A stretch of 64,000 nt of DNA from contig CBDCCK010000002.1 of NCBI GenBank assembly GCA_965214835.1, forward strand, positions 2,816,001-2,880,000, given 5' to 3'. A model generated the notes under the pieces. It had not been told where the DNA came from. It ran no database searches and saw nothing but the letters and a program-made list of their open reading frames with translations. The translations under genes were made by a program, and so were the position numbers. Numbering within the stretch: the first letter of the stretch is position 1; every line of letters starts with the position of its first letter. Source of the stretch: Nitrosopumilaceae archaeon. GTDB lineage: Archaea; Thermoproteota; Nitrososphaeria; Nitrososphaerales; Nitrosopumilaceae. Positions 10,374 to 21,100 of this stretch are shown in pieces.

Positions 10374-11978
10374 CTAGAACACCTCCCTTGGCCGGTATTC
10401 GCCAAAGACCCTGCGGAACGAGTCGCTGATCTCGCCGGTCGTCGCATATGCCTTGGCCGCATCGATGATGTAGGGCATCAGGTTCCCGTCGGTCTCGGCT
10501 GCCGCCTCCATTGCAGACAGGGCCTTTTCGACCTTGGAGGCGTCCCGGGATGAGCGCAGCCTCCCTAGCGCCCTTTTCTGCTGGACCTCGATCTTGCCGC
10601 CGACCCGCAGCAGGTCAGGCTGCTTTTCTGCCTCCGTATACCTGTTGACGCCCACCAGGATTCTCTGGCCGTCGTCTGCCTCTTTTTTCAGGCGGTATGC
10701 GTTCTGCCGGATTTCTGACTGGAAAAAGCCCCTCTCGATTGCGCGCACAGAGCCGCCCATCCTCTCAATCCGCCTGAGGTACTTCCAGACGCCGTCCTCG
10801 ATTTGATCGCACAGCTCCTCAAGATAGTAGGAGCCGGCCATCGGGTCGGCAGTCTTGGTCACGCCGCTCTCGTGCGCCACGATCTGCTGGGTCCGGAGCG
10901 CGATTTTCGCGGATTCCTGGGTGGGCAGCGCCAGCGCCTCGTCCCTGGAATTTGTGTGAAGCGACTGGGTGCCGCCCATTACTGCGGCCATGGTCTGGAT
11001 GGCCACGCGCACGATGTTGTTGTCAGGCTGCTGCGCCGTGAGCGACTCGCCGCTGGTCTGCGTGTGGAACTTTAGCTGCATTGACTTTGGGTTCCTGGCG
11101 TGAAACATCTCCCGGAGGATTTTGGCATACACCCTTCTTGCGACGCGGAACTTTGCGACCTCCTCGAAGAACTCTATGGTACAGCAGAAGAAAAACGACA
11201 GCCGCGGGGCAAAGTCGTCAATCCCCAGGCCCCTGTCTATGCATGTCCGGATGTAGGCAATCGCGTTTGCAAGCGTGAATGCCACCTCCTGCGTCGCGGT
11301 GCACCCTGCCTCCCTCATGTGATAGCCGGAGATCGATACCGGATACCAGGACGGAACCTCCTGCGCGCAGTAGCCTATCATGTCGCCAATCAGCCTCATC
11401 GAGGGCTGCGGCGGATAGATGTAGGTATTCCTTGCGATGTACTCCTTGAGGATGTCGTTCTGTGTGGTTCCCCGGAGCTGCCGGCTTTGGAATCCCTGGG
11501 ACTGGCCCACTGCTATATAGTATGCAAGCAGGGTGGATGCCGTCGAGTTGATCGTCATCGAGGAGCTTACCCTGCCCAGCGGAATCCCCTCAAAGGCAGT
11601 CATCATGTCCTTTAGTGACGCAATCGAGACGCCCACCTTGCCGACCTCGCCCTCGGCCTGTGCCGAGTCCGGATCGTAGCCGATCTGTGTCGGCAGATCA
11701 AAGGCCATGCTGAGGCCGGTCTGCCCCTTTTCAAGCATGAACTTGAATCGCTCGTTGGTGAGTCTTGCATCGCCGAATCCGGAGTACTGGCGCATGGTCC
11801 AGAGCCTGTCACGGTACATTCCCGGGTGGATTCCACGCGTGAACGGGTACCTTCCGGCATCCTCGGCAGGCCTCTTTTTTGCAGATCCCCTGTAGATCCG
11901 CTTTACTGCAAAGTTAGAATCAGTAAAGATCTTCCTTTCTGGCTCTTTTGCCGTTTTTGTAGGTTTTTTTGCCGCCAT
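10374..11978 (-). CDS. Methylmalonyl-CoA mutase large (substrate-binding) subunit
   Basis: 'YPFTRG', 'WTMRQYSGF', 'GTTQNDILKEY', 'SISGYHMREAG', 'QSLHTNS.DEAL'. Confidence 0.95.
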   Translation of the reverse strand: MAAKKPTKTAKEPERKIFTDSNFAVKRIYRGSAKKRPAEDAGRYPFTRGIHPGMYRDRLWTMRQYSGFGDARLTNERFKFMLEKGQTGLSMAFDLPTQIGYDPDSAQAEGEVGKVGVSIASLKDMMTAFEGIPLGRVSSSMTINSTASTLLAYYIAVGQSQGFQSRQLRGTTQNDILKEYIARNTYIYPPQPSMRLIGDMIGYCAQEVPSWYPVSISGYHMREAGCTATQEVAFTLANAIAYIRTCIDRGLGIDDFAPRLSFFFCCTIEFFEEVAKFRVARRVYAKILREMFHARNPKSMQLKFHTQTSGESLTAQQPDNNIVRVAIQTMAAVMGGTQSLHTNSRDEALALPTQESAKIALRTQQIVAHESGVTKTADPMAGSYYLEELCDQIEDGVWKYLRRIERMGGSVRAIERGFFQSEIRQNAYRLKKEADDGQRILVGVNRYTEAEKQPDLLRVGGKIEVQQKRALGRLRSSRDASKVEKALSAMEAAAETDGNLMPYIIDAAKAYATTGEISDSFRRVFGEYRPREVF

Positions 11979-11984
11979 GCCCAG

Positions 11985-12902
11985 TCACCCCAGTATTGAC
12001 CTCGAGATTCTGTCTCCTGCCTCAAGCGGGTCTATCTTCCCAGATTTTAGTTTTTTAAGACAACTGGCGTATGTCTTGCTAGAGCCAAGCATGGTATCGA
12101 TCTGTCCTGCTATGTTATTTAAAACAATATCGCGCAGCTCGCCCTCCAGACGGATTGGATCCCTTTCCTTTTTCTCCTTTTTCTTGGCAGCCATCATCCC
12201 CTTGAGCTGCCTTGCAAACTCCTTGATTCCCCTGTTTTTCTTGGCAGATGTCTTTAGGATTACGGGTTTTTTCTGGGAGGTCCCGATATGATCCAGGACT
12301 GCATCGAAGAGCTGGGATGCCCCATCCAGGTCAGACTTGTTTACAATGTACATGTCCCCGATCTCGGTCAGTCCTGCCTTGATGGCCTGGATGCTGTCGC
12401 CGGTATGGGGATTGAAGACGACTACGGTGACATCGGCGATGTTGGAGATCTCTACCTCCGTCTGCCCGGCCCCCACGCTCTCTATGATTATCGGGTTGAA
12501 TCCCGCATATTCCAGGACGCGGATGCTGTTGCGCAGCGAGCGCGATACGGCACCAGCAGAGCCGCGGGATGCAATGCTCCTGATATAGGTTCCCGAGTCC
12601 GTCGATTCGGTCATCCTGACCCTGTCGCCCAAGATTGCTCCGCCGGTAAGATGGCTGGTGGGATCGACGGCAAGGACGGCAGGCTTGGTCTTGAGCCTTC
12701 GAAGCTCGACTGTGGTCTTGTCGATAAGCGAGCTTTTCCCGGCGCCGGCAGGACCGGTTATGCCTATTACGATGGACTTGCCGGGGCCACGGAAGATCTC
12801 CTTTAGGAGCCTTCTGGTTCCCTTTTGATCGTTTTCGACGACGGAGATTGCCCTGGCAATTGCGCCGCGCCTTCCCCTCTTTAGATCGGCTAGCATGTCC
12901 AA
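11985..12902 (-). CDS. meaB: Methylmalonyl-CoA mutase-associated GTPase (ArgK/MeaB)
   Basis: 'GITGPAGAGKSS', 'AVDPTS..TGGAILGDRVRM', 'ESVGAGQ', 'NKSD'. Confidence 0.93.
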   Translation of the reverse strand: MDMLADLKRGRRGAIARAISVVENDQKGTRRLLKEIFRGPGKSIVIGITGPAGAGKSSLIDKTTVELRRLKTKPAVLAVDPTSHLTGGAILGDRVRMTESTDSGTYIRSIASRGSAGAVSRSLRNSIRVLEYAGFNPIIIESVGAGQTEVEISNIADVTVVVFNPHTGDSIQAIKAGLTEIGDMYIVNKSDLDGASQLFDAVLDHIGTSQKKPVILKTSAKKNRGIKEFARQLKGMMAAKKKEKKERDPIRLEGELRDIVLNNIAGQIDTMLGSSKTYASCLKKLKSGKIDPLEAGDRISRSILG

Positions 12903-12949
12903 CAGTTATGGTGGATTTTTACTGCAATAAAATCTTGCAGGTGATCCGG

Positions 12950-13357
12950 TCACAGGTAGCTGTATATCACCGCAGGCTTGGGCTCTCCGGGGGCTCGGAT
13001 CTCTGTCTTTAGTCCAACCTTTCCCAGCTCCGGATGCTCTATTACAAACGTGACAGGATGCACCTTCCATCCGTACTTTGGGGGCAGTCCGAAGGCGACT
13101 TCCTCGACAAAGCTGGTCTCTTCATAGTATCTCTGAAACGTCTCATCCATTCCCAGAACCTCCATTGTTACAGATGTCGACTGGCTGCCCGTATCCTCAA
13201 AGGAGATCCGCACGAGTCCCTGCTCCTCATGATATGTTGCATCAACGACAAACGTGCCGCCAAGATCCGGCGGTCCGCCTGCGCCTGCAACAAGAAACAG
13301 CACCGCAAGGCCGGTGACGACTATGATGCCAAAAACAGACATTGTCTTTGCAATCAT
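12950..13357 (-). CDS. Hypothetical membrane-anchored/secreted protein
   Basis: N-terminal hydrophobic helix; tightly packed in the operon. Confidence 0.75.
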   Translation of the reverse strand: MIAKTMSVFGIIVVTGLAVLFLVAGAGGPPDLGGTFVVDATYHEEQGLVRISFEDTGSQSTSVTMEVLGMDETFQRYYEETSFVEEVAFGLPPKYGWKVHPVTFVIEHPELGKVGLKTEIRAPGEPKPAVIYSYL

Positions 13358-13363
13358 ATCAGA

Positions 13364-15862
13364 TCAGCTGCTTTTCAGATCCTCTTTGACGGATGCAAGG
13401 AACCTTGAGCGTATGCGCATTCGCTCCAGGGTCTGCTCCAGGGTTCTGTCGGTTCCCGGGGTGGGGTTCTTTTTGAAAAACGACCGGATCTCCTTTTCTG
13501 CCTTTGCATCTGCTGCCTGGCCAATGCTTGCAACGATTCTGTTGAACAGTAGATTTCCGTGCCCTACCTTTTTGCTGAGCTTTGTCCAGTTCTTCTGAAG
13601 CCAGGGCCAGAGGATTTCCCTTCCGTGCGGATTGGCCGCAACGCGCATTATTGGCAGCTGCATGTTCTGCGAGCGCACCTCCGGTGTTTGTGAGAAGTTC
13701 AGCGTCCTGACAAGCAGCCTCCTGTCCTGGAAGTTGCACAGTGCGCCCAGGAACCGGAGCTTTTCCTCCTGGGTCTTGGTCTTTTTGAAGAGATCCGTAA
13801 GCTGCGCATGTGTCTTAGAGTCGCCGTTCCATGCCACAGCGGAGAACACGGCCTCACGCAGGTCTGGGTGCAGGGAATGCGGCCGTTTCAGGAACGCCCT
13901 GAACCTGGATTCGGCCTCCCCGGCTACCTGCTCGTCGCCCAGTCTTGCCAGGGCAGAGATCGTAAAGCCTCGAAGCAGTGCATCGGTGTGTCGGTCAGAC
14001 TTTTTGGGATTCCAGCCCAGCCGGTGCAGCAGGTGCCTGAAATAGTTCATGGCATGACCCCGGATCACCTCAGATGTGGGCTCCCAGTAGGTCATCAGAA
14101 ACAACGAGTAGATGTTGCGCGCTACGTTTACGGATACAAGATAGCTGTCCTCCTCAAAGTATGCGTCGCTAAAGTCAAGATAGTTTCCCACGGTATCGTC
14201 TCCAGACATGCACAGTGCAAACAGGTCGTTTTGGACTGCCCACCGGTCAACGTGGGGGATTCGCTTTTGATCTACTAGCATCTTCAGATCAAGGAGGATT
14301 CCGGCATCATACTTTGTGCGGTAGAATCCGTTTCTGCCCCGATTGACTATAGGGGTGGAGTTTTCGAGAACCCTGATGTTCTTTGATTTCGAGGTCAAAA
14401 GATGGCCCTGGTGCCGGGTGCCAGCAGAGACGTCGACTGGGATCTGCCACAGTCCCCTTTGGTGCCTTTTGTCAGGCTCTAGCAGGAACCGTTTTTGCCG
14501 GAGTCTGACACCGGTCCCGTTCTTGCTCACCTCAAGCACGGGAAAGCCCGGCTGTCTGAGCCAGCTGTTCACCATGGATTTTACAGGCTTGCCTGAGGCC
14601 TCGCCGATTGCCGACCATAGATCGTCGCCTGCGGCGTTTTGGTACTTGAACTGCGACAGATATCTTCTCAGGCCCTTCCTAAAGCTGGGCTCGCCCACGT
14701 AGTTCTCAAGCATCCGCAGGATGCAGCCGCCCTTGTCATAGGATATGGCATCGAAGATCTCCCGGATCTGGGCAGGGCTGTCTACCTTGACATCGATGGG
14801 ATGGGTGGACTTGAGGGAGTCAAGATCCATTGCAGTGTTCATCGCGTCTTCGACGAACTGATCCCACAGTTCCCACTCCGGATAGAACATGTCAACGAAC
14901 TTTGTTGCCATAAACGTGGCAAAGCTTTCGTTGAGCCACAGGTCGTTCCACCACCTCATGGTCACGAGGTTTCCAAACCACTGGTGTGCAATCTCGTGTG
15001 AGATGACCTCCGCAATGAACTGCTTTGTCCTAGTAGAAGAGGTCCGGGGATCATAGAGCAGGATCGTCTCCCTGAACGTGATTGCGCCCCAGTTCTCCAT
15101 GGCGCCTGCCGCAAAGTCTGGTATTGCAAGAAGGTCGAGTTTTGGCAGTGGGTACTTTATGCCGAAATACTTCTCATAAGATGCAAGCAGTCTCTTTGCA
15201 AGATCCAGTGAGAACCTGCCGTGGGCCTTGTTTCCCCTGGTTGTGATCACCCGGACGCTTGTCCTGCCGGATCTGCCCGATATGTATTCAAATTCTCCCA
15301 CCCCGAGATAAACAAGGTAGGTTGACATGACAGGAGTGGTGTCGAACCGGTGGCGGGTCTTCCTGCCAAGCTTCCTCCTGGAGACTGCCGGCATGTTGGA
15401 GACTGCCATGTAGTTGCTTTCAGCAGTTATTGCAATGTCAAAGGTGGCCTTTGCCTGGGGCTCATCCCAGCAGGGAAACGCACGCCTAGCATCGGCTGCC
15501 TCAAACTGGGTTGTGGCCATGTACTTTGTCTTAGAGCCGACCTTGTACTGGCTGCGATAAAATCCCAGCAGCCGGTCATTTAAGACCCCGGCAAAGTCAA
15601 TCTCTAGGACAAACCTGCCCCTGACCGGGGATCCCGTTGTTATGTGAAGCTGCTCGGATTTTTCATCCAGCCGGGTCTTGGCCCGTGTCTTGGAGTCTCC
15701 ATGCACGATATGGCAGGACTTGATCTTGAGCTCTGCTGCATGGATCGATATTTTGCTGGTAGGCCTGCTGGCAACTGCCGTAATGACTTCCCTGCCGGCA
15801 AACGTGAAGTTTTTGAGGTCTGGCTCAAATTCCAGATCATAGTTTATTGGAGATACCAGCAT
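13364..15862 (-). CDS. M1-family zinc aminopeptidase (tricorn-interacting factor F / PepN-like); likely start ATG at 15862
   Basis: GAMEN and HEIAH-X18-E motifs; the ORF extension to 15994 runs into a MITE. Confidence 0.93.
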   Translation of the reverse strand: MLVSPINYDLEFEPDLKNFTFAGREVITAVASRPTSKISIHAAELKIKSCHIVHGDSKTRAKTRLDEKSEQLHITTGSPVRGRFVLEIDFAGVLNDRLLGFYRSQYKVGSKTKYMATTQFEAADARRAFPCWDEPQAKATFDIAITAESNYMAVSNMPAVSRRKLGRKTRHRFDTTPVMSTYLVYLGVGEFEYISGRSGRTSVRVITTRGNKAHGRFSLDLAKRLLASYEKYFGIKYPLPKLDLLAIPDFAAGAMENWGAITFRETILLYDPRTSSTRTKQFIAEVISHEIAHQWFGNLVTMRWWNDLWLNESFATFMATKFVDMFYPEWELWDQFVEDAMNTAMDLDSLKSTHPIDVKVDSPAQIREIFDAISYDKGGCILRMLENYVGEPSFRKGLRRYLSQFKYQNAAGDDLWSAIGEASGKPVKSMVNSWLRQPGFPVLEVSKNGTGVRLRQKRFLLEPDKRHQRGLWQIPVDVSAGTRHQGHLLTSKSKNIRVLENSTPIVNRGRNGFYRTKYDAGILLDLKMLVDQKRIPHVDRWAVQNDLFALCMSGDDTVGNYLDFSDAYFEEDSYLVSVNVARNIYSLFLMTYWEPTSEVIRGHAMNYFRHLLHRLGWNPKKSDRHTDALLRGFTISALARLGDEQVAGEAESRFRAFLKRPHSLHPDLREAVFSAVAWNGDSKTHAQLTDLFKKTKTQEEKLRFLGALCNFQDRRLLVRTLNFSQTPEVRSQNMQLPIMRVAANPHGREILWPWLQKNWTKLSKKVGHGNLLFNRIVASIGQAADAKAEKEIRSFFKKNPTPGTDRTLEQTLERMRIRSRFLASVKEDLKSS

Positions 15863-15934
15863 GGGATTTGGCTCTTTGTACGGCCTTAAGTAGATTGGCG
15901 TCTGAGGTGTTTGGCCAGAGTTTTTCCAGAAATC

Positions 15935-16122
15935 GCAAGAGTTTGCCTCCCAGGTAGCACTGCTGGCCAAGGCCTTGATCGCCATGCCCGCCACGCCATA
16001 TTTTCGGTGGATAAACCCCTACCACCAAGATGCAAGAGTTTACCCCGCCCCCGAGATGCGGCGTGGCAGGCGTGATCATAAAGACTCCGGCCAGCAGTGT
16101 CACCTGAAGGGTAAACTCACAC
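15935..16122. mobile_element. Two adjacent, oppositely oriented MITE family C copies (15935-16022, 16032-16122)
   Basis: Ends GCAAGAGTTT(A/G)CC...GGTAAACTC resemble IS66-A TIRs; interior CAGCAGTGTCACCTGAAGGG resembles the IS66-A 3' end GGCAGCGTCGCCTGAGGGG. Confidence 0.75.
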
Positions 16123-16235
16123 CGAGATAGTGAAAGAGGTATTATGCCAAGATCTACTATGAACGTCATGAGGGTGTGCCTCTGGCTGCTATGCCAGATC
16201 TACCCACGGCGTTCCGTCTAGCAGCACCGGGGATC

Positions 16236-16327
16236 GTATGTGGTCACCTGCCCCTATCAATTAGGCATGAATTGGCATGTACAATGTGATTTTCGTGCCT
16301 AGATAGCAAGGGGACGTGACCACGTAC
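16236..16327. mobile_element. MITE family A copy (92 bp)
   Basis: GTATGTGGTCAC...GTGACCACGTAC. Confidence 0.8.
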
Positions 16328-16439
16328 GGTGGTATTGGAGAGCACCCTTCTGATCGAGTACCTTGTCAGGGAGTACGGCCTAAATGGGGGCCGCCAGACA
16401 GCTGCGCGATGAGGTGGACGTAACGTTTGTGTTCTGCGG

Positions 16440-16900
16440 CAGCGGCTAGGACGAGTCGGAAGCCAAGTACACCGAGGAAAACGACCTCTCCAACGTGAGA
16501 TTCTTGGGACTTGTGGGATCCCAGCAGCTGCTAGAGTGCATGAAGAGTAGCGACGTGTGCCTCGGACTGTTCCAGACAAACAGCAAGATGGAGGGATCAC
16601 TGCCCAACAAGGTCAACCAGATCCTGTCATCTGCCAAGCCCCTGATTACGGCAAGCACGTCTGCAGTGCGCGAGAGGACTGGCAGGCAACACCCCTAGGA
16701 GCACAAAACCAACCCCTGATTACGGCAAGCACGTCTGCAGTGCGCGAGAGGACTGGCAGGCAACACCCCTAGGAGCACAAAACCAACCCCTGATTACGGC
16801 AAGCACGTCTGCAGTGCGCGAGGCTGGCCTAGTCGACAAGGAGAACTGCATGCTAGTGCAGTCCGACTCGCTAGGGAGCTGGCCCGGTGCACCTTACAGC
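16440..16900 (+). pseudogene. GT4-like glycosyltransferase fragment
   Basis: 'NVRFLGLV...SDVCLGLF...LPNKVNQILSSAKPLIT'; disrupted by a 74-bp repeat and stops. Confidence 0.6.
16639..16822 (+). repeat. 36-bp unit x3 separated by two identical 38-bp inserts (period 74)
   Basis: CCCCTGATTACGGCAAGCACGTCTGCAGTGCGCGAG at 16639, 16713 and 16787. Confidence 0.95.
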
Positions 16901-17304
16901 TGAGGGACGACGGCGGCCTTCGGAGGTACGTGGCAATGCAGGAGCAACGACACTATGTAGAAAGACTGTCAGCTGATCGGTCGGGCAGGCAGCTGGGCAG
17001 ATACATGTAGGACGTGTGCAAGGATGGGCGTTCGAGCTGTCCGACAGGCGGCGTCCATGCGCAGCACACCCCCGATCCAGAGATGCCCCCCACCCAAGAT
17101 CACCCTGACTGACCAGAGCCAAGACGGAACTACGAGATCATCACCCTCTAGTTATTCAAGCATGAATTCGCATGTGACTGTGATCTCCATGCTTGGCTGG
17201 CAAGGGGATGTGGCCTCATACGCGGAACTTGATCTAGCCGTCCCCCTCGTAACGCCTCCACAAGAACCTGCAAGGGCCATCATGGTTCCGTCCCGCCGGC
17301 TATG

Positions 17305-18110
17305 TCACTTTTTGATTTCCCCAAGGATCGCAGCAAGCCTGTCTGCGGCCACGCTGCTGTCACAGTTGTCCTGCACGAACCTGCGTCCCTGCCTTCCCAT
17401 GTCCCGGGCCCTTTCTGCATCGCCCAGCAGCAGCGTGATCTTCTCTATCCACCCCCTATAGTCCCCCAAACATACCAAGAGCCCCGTCATTCCGTCCCGC
17501 ATCGTCTCTGAGACGCCGCTAGCATCCGTTGCAATGGCAGGCTTTTCCATGGACATGGCCTGCTTGAGCGAGTATGGCCACATGTCAATGCCGCTTACCA
17601 GGCTGTAGACGTCGATCGAGGAGAGGTACTCCATGATCCTATCGGTCCCTCCAGCGGCTCCAGTATCCTGTCGCGGTAGCGCCCGTCGCCGGCTCAGTAA
17701 AATGATACGTGTGGGAGCGCCTCGACTGCCTTGGGCAGGATGAGCATCTCCCTTGTCTTGGGCCAGCAGCCAGCGCTCTAGCAGGCCCACGCACGGATGC
17801 CTCAGCTCCATGGCACCCCCGGGATCCCTCGCTCTTCCAGTTGTCCGCGTCTATGCTCGAATGCAGGAACGTTACTGTGTTGTTTTTTGGATAGTGCTTC
17901 CTTATGGTGCCCGCTATGAAGCCTGTCTCGGCAGGCAACAGTTCGGGCTTTGGAAGCGGCTTGCGATTTTAGGTGCAGATTACATCTGCAAAGATCCCCG
18001 GCGGCAAAGCTCACGCCCGGACTTCGAGTCCGAGCTGTTACCCATACATACCTAGCTGGCCGAAGGCAGGCGGCCATGCGCTTTGCCCTGCAGGCTCTGT
18101 CGGCCCGGTA
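17305..18110 (-). pseudogene. GT4-like glycosyltransferase pseudogene, frameshifted and interrupted by MITE B
   Basis: 'SLKQAMSMEKPAIATDASGVSETMRDGMTGLLV...MGRQGRRFV'. Confidence 0.75.
17935..18041. mobile_element. MITE family B copy
   Basis: GCAACAGTTCGGGC...CCGAGCTGTTAC; interior similar to 38633-38741. Confidence 0.8.
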
Positions 18111-18121
18111 TCCATGCCGGA

Positions 18122-21100
18122 CTAGTCCGATACGTGGTATGTCATGGACATCATCCTGTCTATGATCTCCTGCGCCCTGAGCCGCTCGGCCTGCAGGGCG
18201 TCGGCCAGCTGCTCAAGCCGCACGTCCCCGGGCTGTATGTCAGGATACTCGTATGCAAACACGGATCCGGGCTCCGGTACAAGCTGCGCCGCATCAAAGA
18301 CCAGCACGGCCCGGTCATGCTCGGCCTGCACGAGCGTCGCAAAGTTGGAGTTCATCCTGTTCATCACCTTCCATGCGTCGTCCTGGTGGCGCTCAAAGGC
18401 ATCGGGAACCGTCCTGTACCAGGTGCCGTGCGAGTTGCGGGCCCACTCGTTGCCCCACTGGTCTGCCCACAGGTCTGCCAGCTTGTCGGTGCGCTCCAGC
18501 TGTATTACGGCCGCCTCGTGCTGCTGTCCGCGCTTGTATATCCCCGCCGTATCCAGCGGGGCAGGATTCATCGAGTCGCCCTGTACAAGCAGGCCGTCGT
18601 TCATGTAGTTCTGCGCGCTCCAGCGCTGTACGTCCATCACATATATGACAAAGGGCTCGTGGTACATCTGCTCCCTGAACAGCAGTCCCCCGATTGAGAG
18701 CTCGACGCACTTTGTAGGATCGGCGGGGGACATGCACCCGACAAGTTCCACGCCGAGGACTGCCTCTCCTATGACGTCGTTTGGATCCGTGTATGCGGCA
18801 TCCAGTATCTCATATGTAGAGTCTGCAGAATAGTCGCGCCCGAGCTCGACGGTCAGGACGGCCTCTGATGCGCCCATCGGCGAGCCGACCTCGGGCACCC
18901 CAAAGCCTATCTGGAACTGCTGTACCCCGGCTACGGAGTGCGCCCTCAGCGTAAAGTCGTGCTTGGTATTGGTCTGTATTGATTCGCGCCTGTAATCGAC
19001 GTGATAGTCAAGCACGTCGCGGCACGTGCCGTCCATCGAGTATCCGCAGGCCACCACCTGGCTGCCCGTCTGCGGGGATATGCCAAAGGTCGGGGCCGTC
19101 TGCCACTCGTCGTCGTTGCCGCCGCCCCTTGAGTCAGGGATGAATCCGTCATCCCATACGCCCAGGCGCGTCCAGCCCGAGCCGTCTATCCCCCATACGG
19201 CATATATGGACCTGTCCAGGTCTCCTGCCGCGTTGAGATTGATGTCGCCTATGGCCCCCTCATGCCCTGATGCGGCCTGCGGAATGGCATCCTTTATTTC
19301 AGCAAACCCCGCATCCCATCCGGCCCGCTCAAGTGCCAGGCCCAGGACCCGTATGGTATCGTACGTGCTGTATGTGTACACGGCAGGCGTGGTGGTGCCA
19401 AACTCGTCGTCTATCCTGTCCGTCAGCGACTCGTACAGGTCGCTGCCCGAATCCTCTGCAAAGGCGGATGCCTGGAATTCTGCGCCTGCCAGGAACCCGC
19501 GTATCCTCGGATCGCCTGCTAGGTTCCCGTCAAGGACGGATGCATCAGAGCCCATCCACCGCACGGTGCCCAGTGCCGGATAGTCTGCTGCCCTGTCCAC
19601 GAACCGGAACGTCTCGTCCTGCCCTATGAACAGGACAGACACCCTGTCGGCGCCCACGTCCTCGGTGTGCCCGGAGACGGCCGTGTTGAGGCGCTGGGCT
19701 AGGCCTGCAAACGTGCCGTTCAGGTTTGCGTCATCCGGATCATAGCTGCCCACGGTCTCATCGACCGTTCCCCCGAGCGCCTCAAACCCGGCCACAGCCG
19801 AGTTCTTGATGCCCTCGCCCCAGATGTCACCGCGCCATACCACCACCACGACGTCCTTTTCGTACTCTTCCCGCAGCAGGTCGGCAATCACGGGTCCCTG
19901 CTGCGAGTCGTCAGGTGCCATCCTGAAGACGTTATCACCCGCAATTGCAAGCGAGGGCGCCGTCGAGCAGCAGCTGAAAAGTATCATGTCGTTGGAATCC
20001 GCATAGTTCCTTACGGCATCCAGCTCGGAGCTGCGGACGGGTCCGGAGACCAGCGTGACGTTGGCAGTGTCAAGCGACCGGATCGCGGCGTCCGCGCCGG
20101 CAGCCTCCGTATCCCTGATCTCCAGGACGGCGCGCCAGACTGCATCGGTGCTGGCAAGGTGTGCATTGAGGTCGGCTATGGCCTGCTCTGCTGCAAAGGT
20201 GTGGTGTGCTCCCAGCTGGCCGCCTAGGCCCCCGGTCTGCGGAATCATGGCGCCTATCGCTATCATCTCTACGGGAATCACCACGGTTCTGGTGGCAGTG
20301 GCCGTGTTGCCGGCAGCATCGGTTGCCGTGTAGATTACCGCATAGGTTCCGAGCCTGTCCGTATCCACCGTGGTGGCATCGGTAGATATGGACTCTGTGT
20401 ATGCTGGATCGTTGTCAGTGGAGCTGGCACCCGCGTCTGTGTATGTCGAGCCCAGCGGTATGGTGACCGGATCCTCGCCTGATATCGTGATGACAGGTGG
20501 CGTGGTGTCGCGCACCACCACGGTCCTGCTGGCAGTAAGGGGGTTGCCATCGGTGCTGGTTGCCGTATAGTTTACGATATAGTCGCCTGTCAGATTTGCA
20601 TCCACCGCAGAGGCGTCGGTGACGACCGGCGAGCCGTCGGTTACCGTGGCTCCCGGATCTGTATACGGGGTGCCAAGCTCGTGGTACAGCGGATTGGATC
20701 CGTTGAGCATGATTATGGCCTCGGCGGATACCGTTATCTCAAAGGTTTGTGAGTCGGTGCCGCCGCGGCCGTCATCTACCGTTATTGTAACCTCGTGGGT
20801 CAATCCATCGACCGAAGTTGGCGTCCAGGTAAGGATGCCGTCGGATGTGGAAAACACGGCAGCTGCCGGCAGCGTGCCGCGCGATATAGAGTACGTGTGT
20901 GTGTCGGTGGGATCGGCGTCGGTTACCATAGGCGTTACTGTCAGCTGGACTCCCACCACCGTAGTCCGGCTGCCTATGGTTTCCAGCACGGGGTCGTTGT
21001 TGTCGCGCGTTATGGTTATCGTTATGGTACCCTGCGCCGTGTCGATGCCGTCAGATACCGTATATCCGAACGTGTCGGTGCCCGTATAGTCCTGGTCGGG

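Noticed and set aside
15863-15994. N-terminal extension of the aminopeptidase ORF
   Set aside because: Runs through the promoter region into MITE C; similar over-extensions affect ORFs starting at 34137, 34898, 41265 and 58833
16639-16822. CRISPR array
   Set aside because: Spacers are identical, the repeat is glycosyltransferase coding sequence, and there is no leader or cas gene in the window
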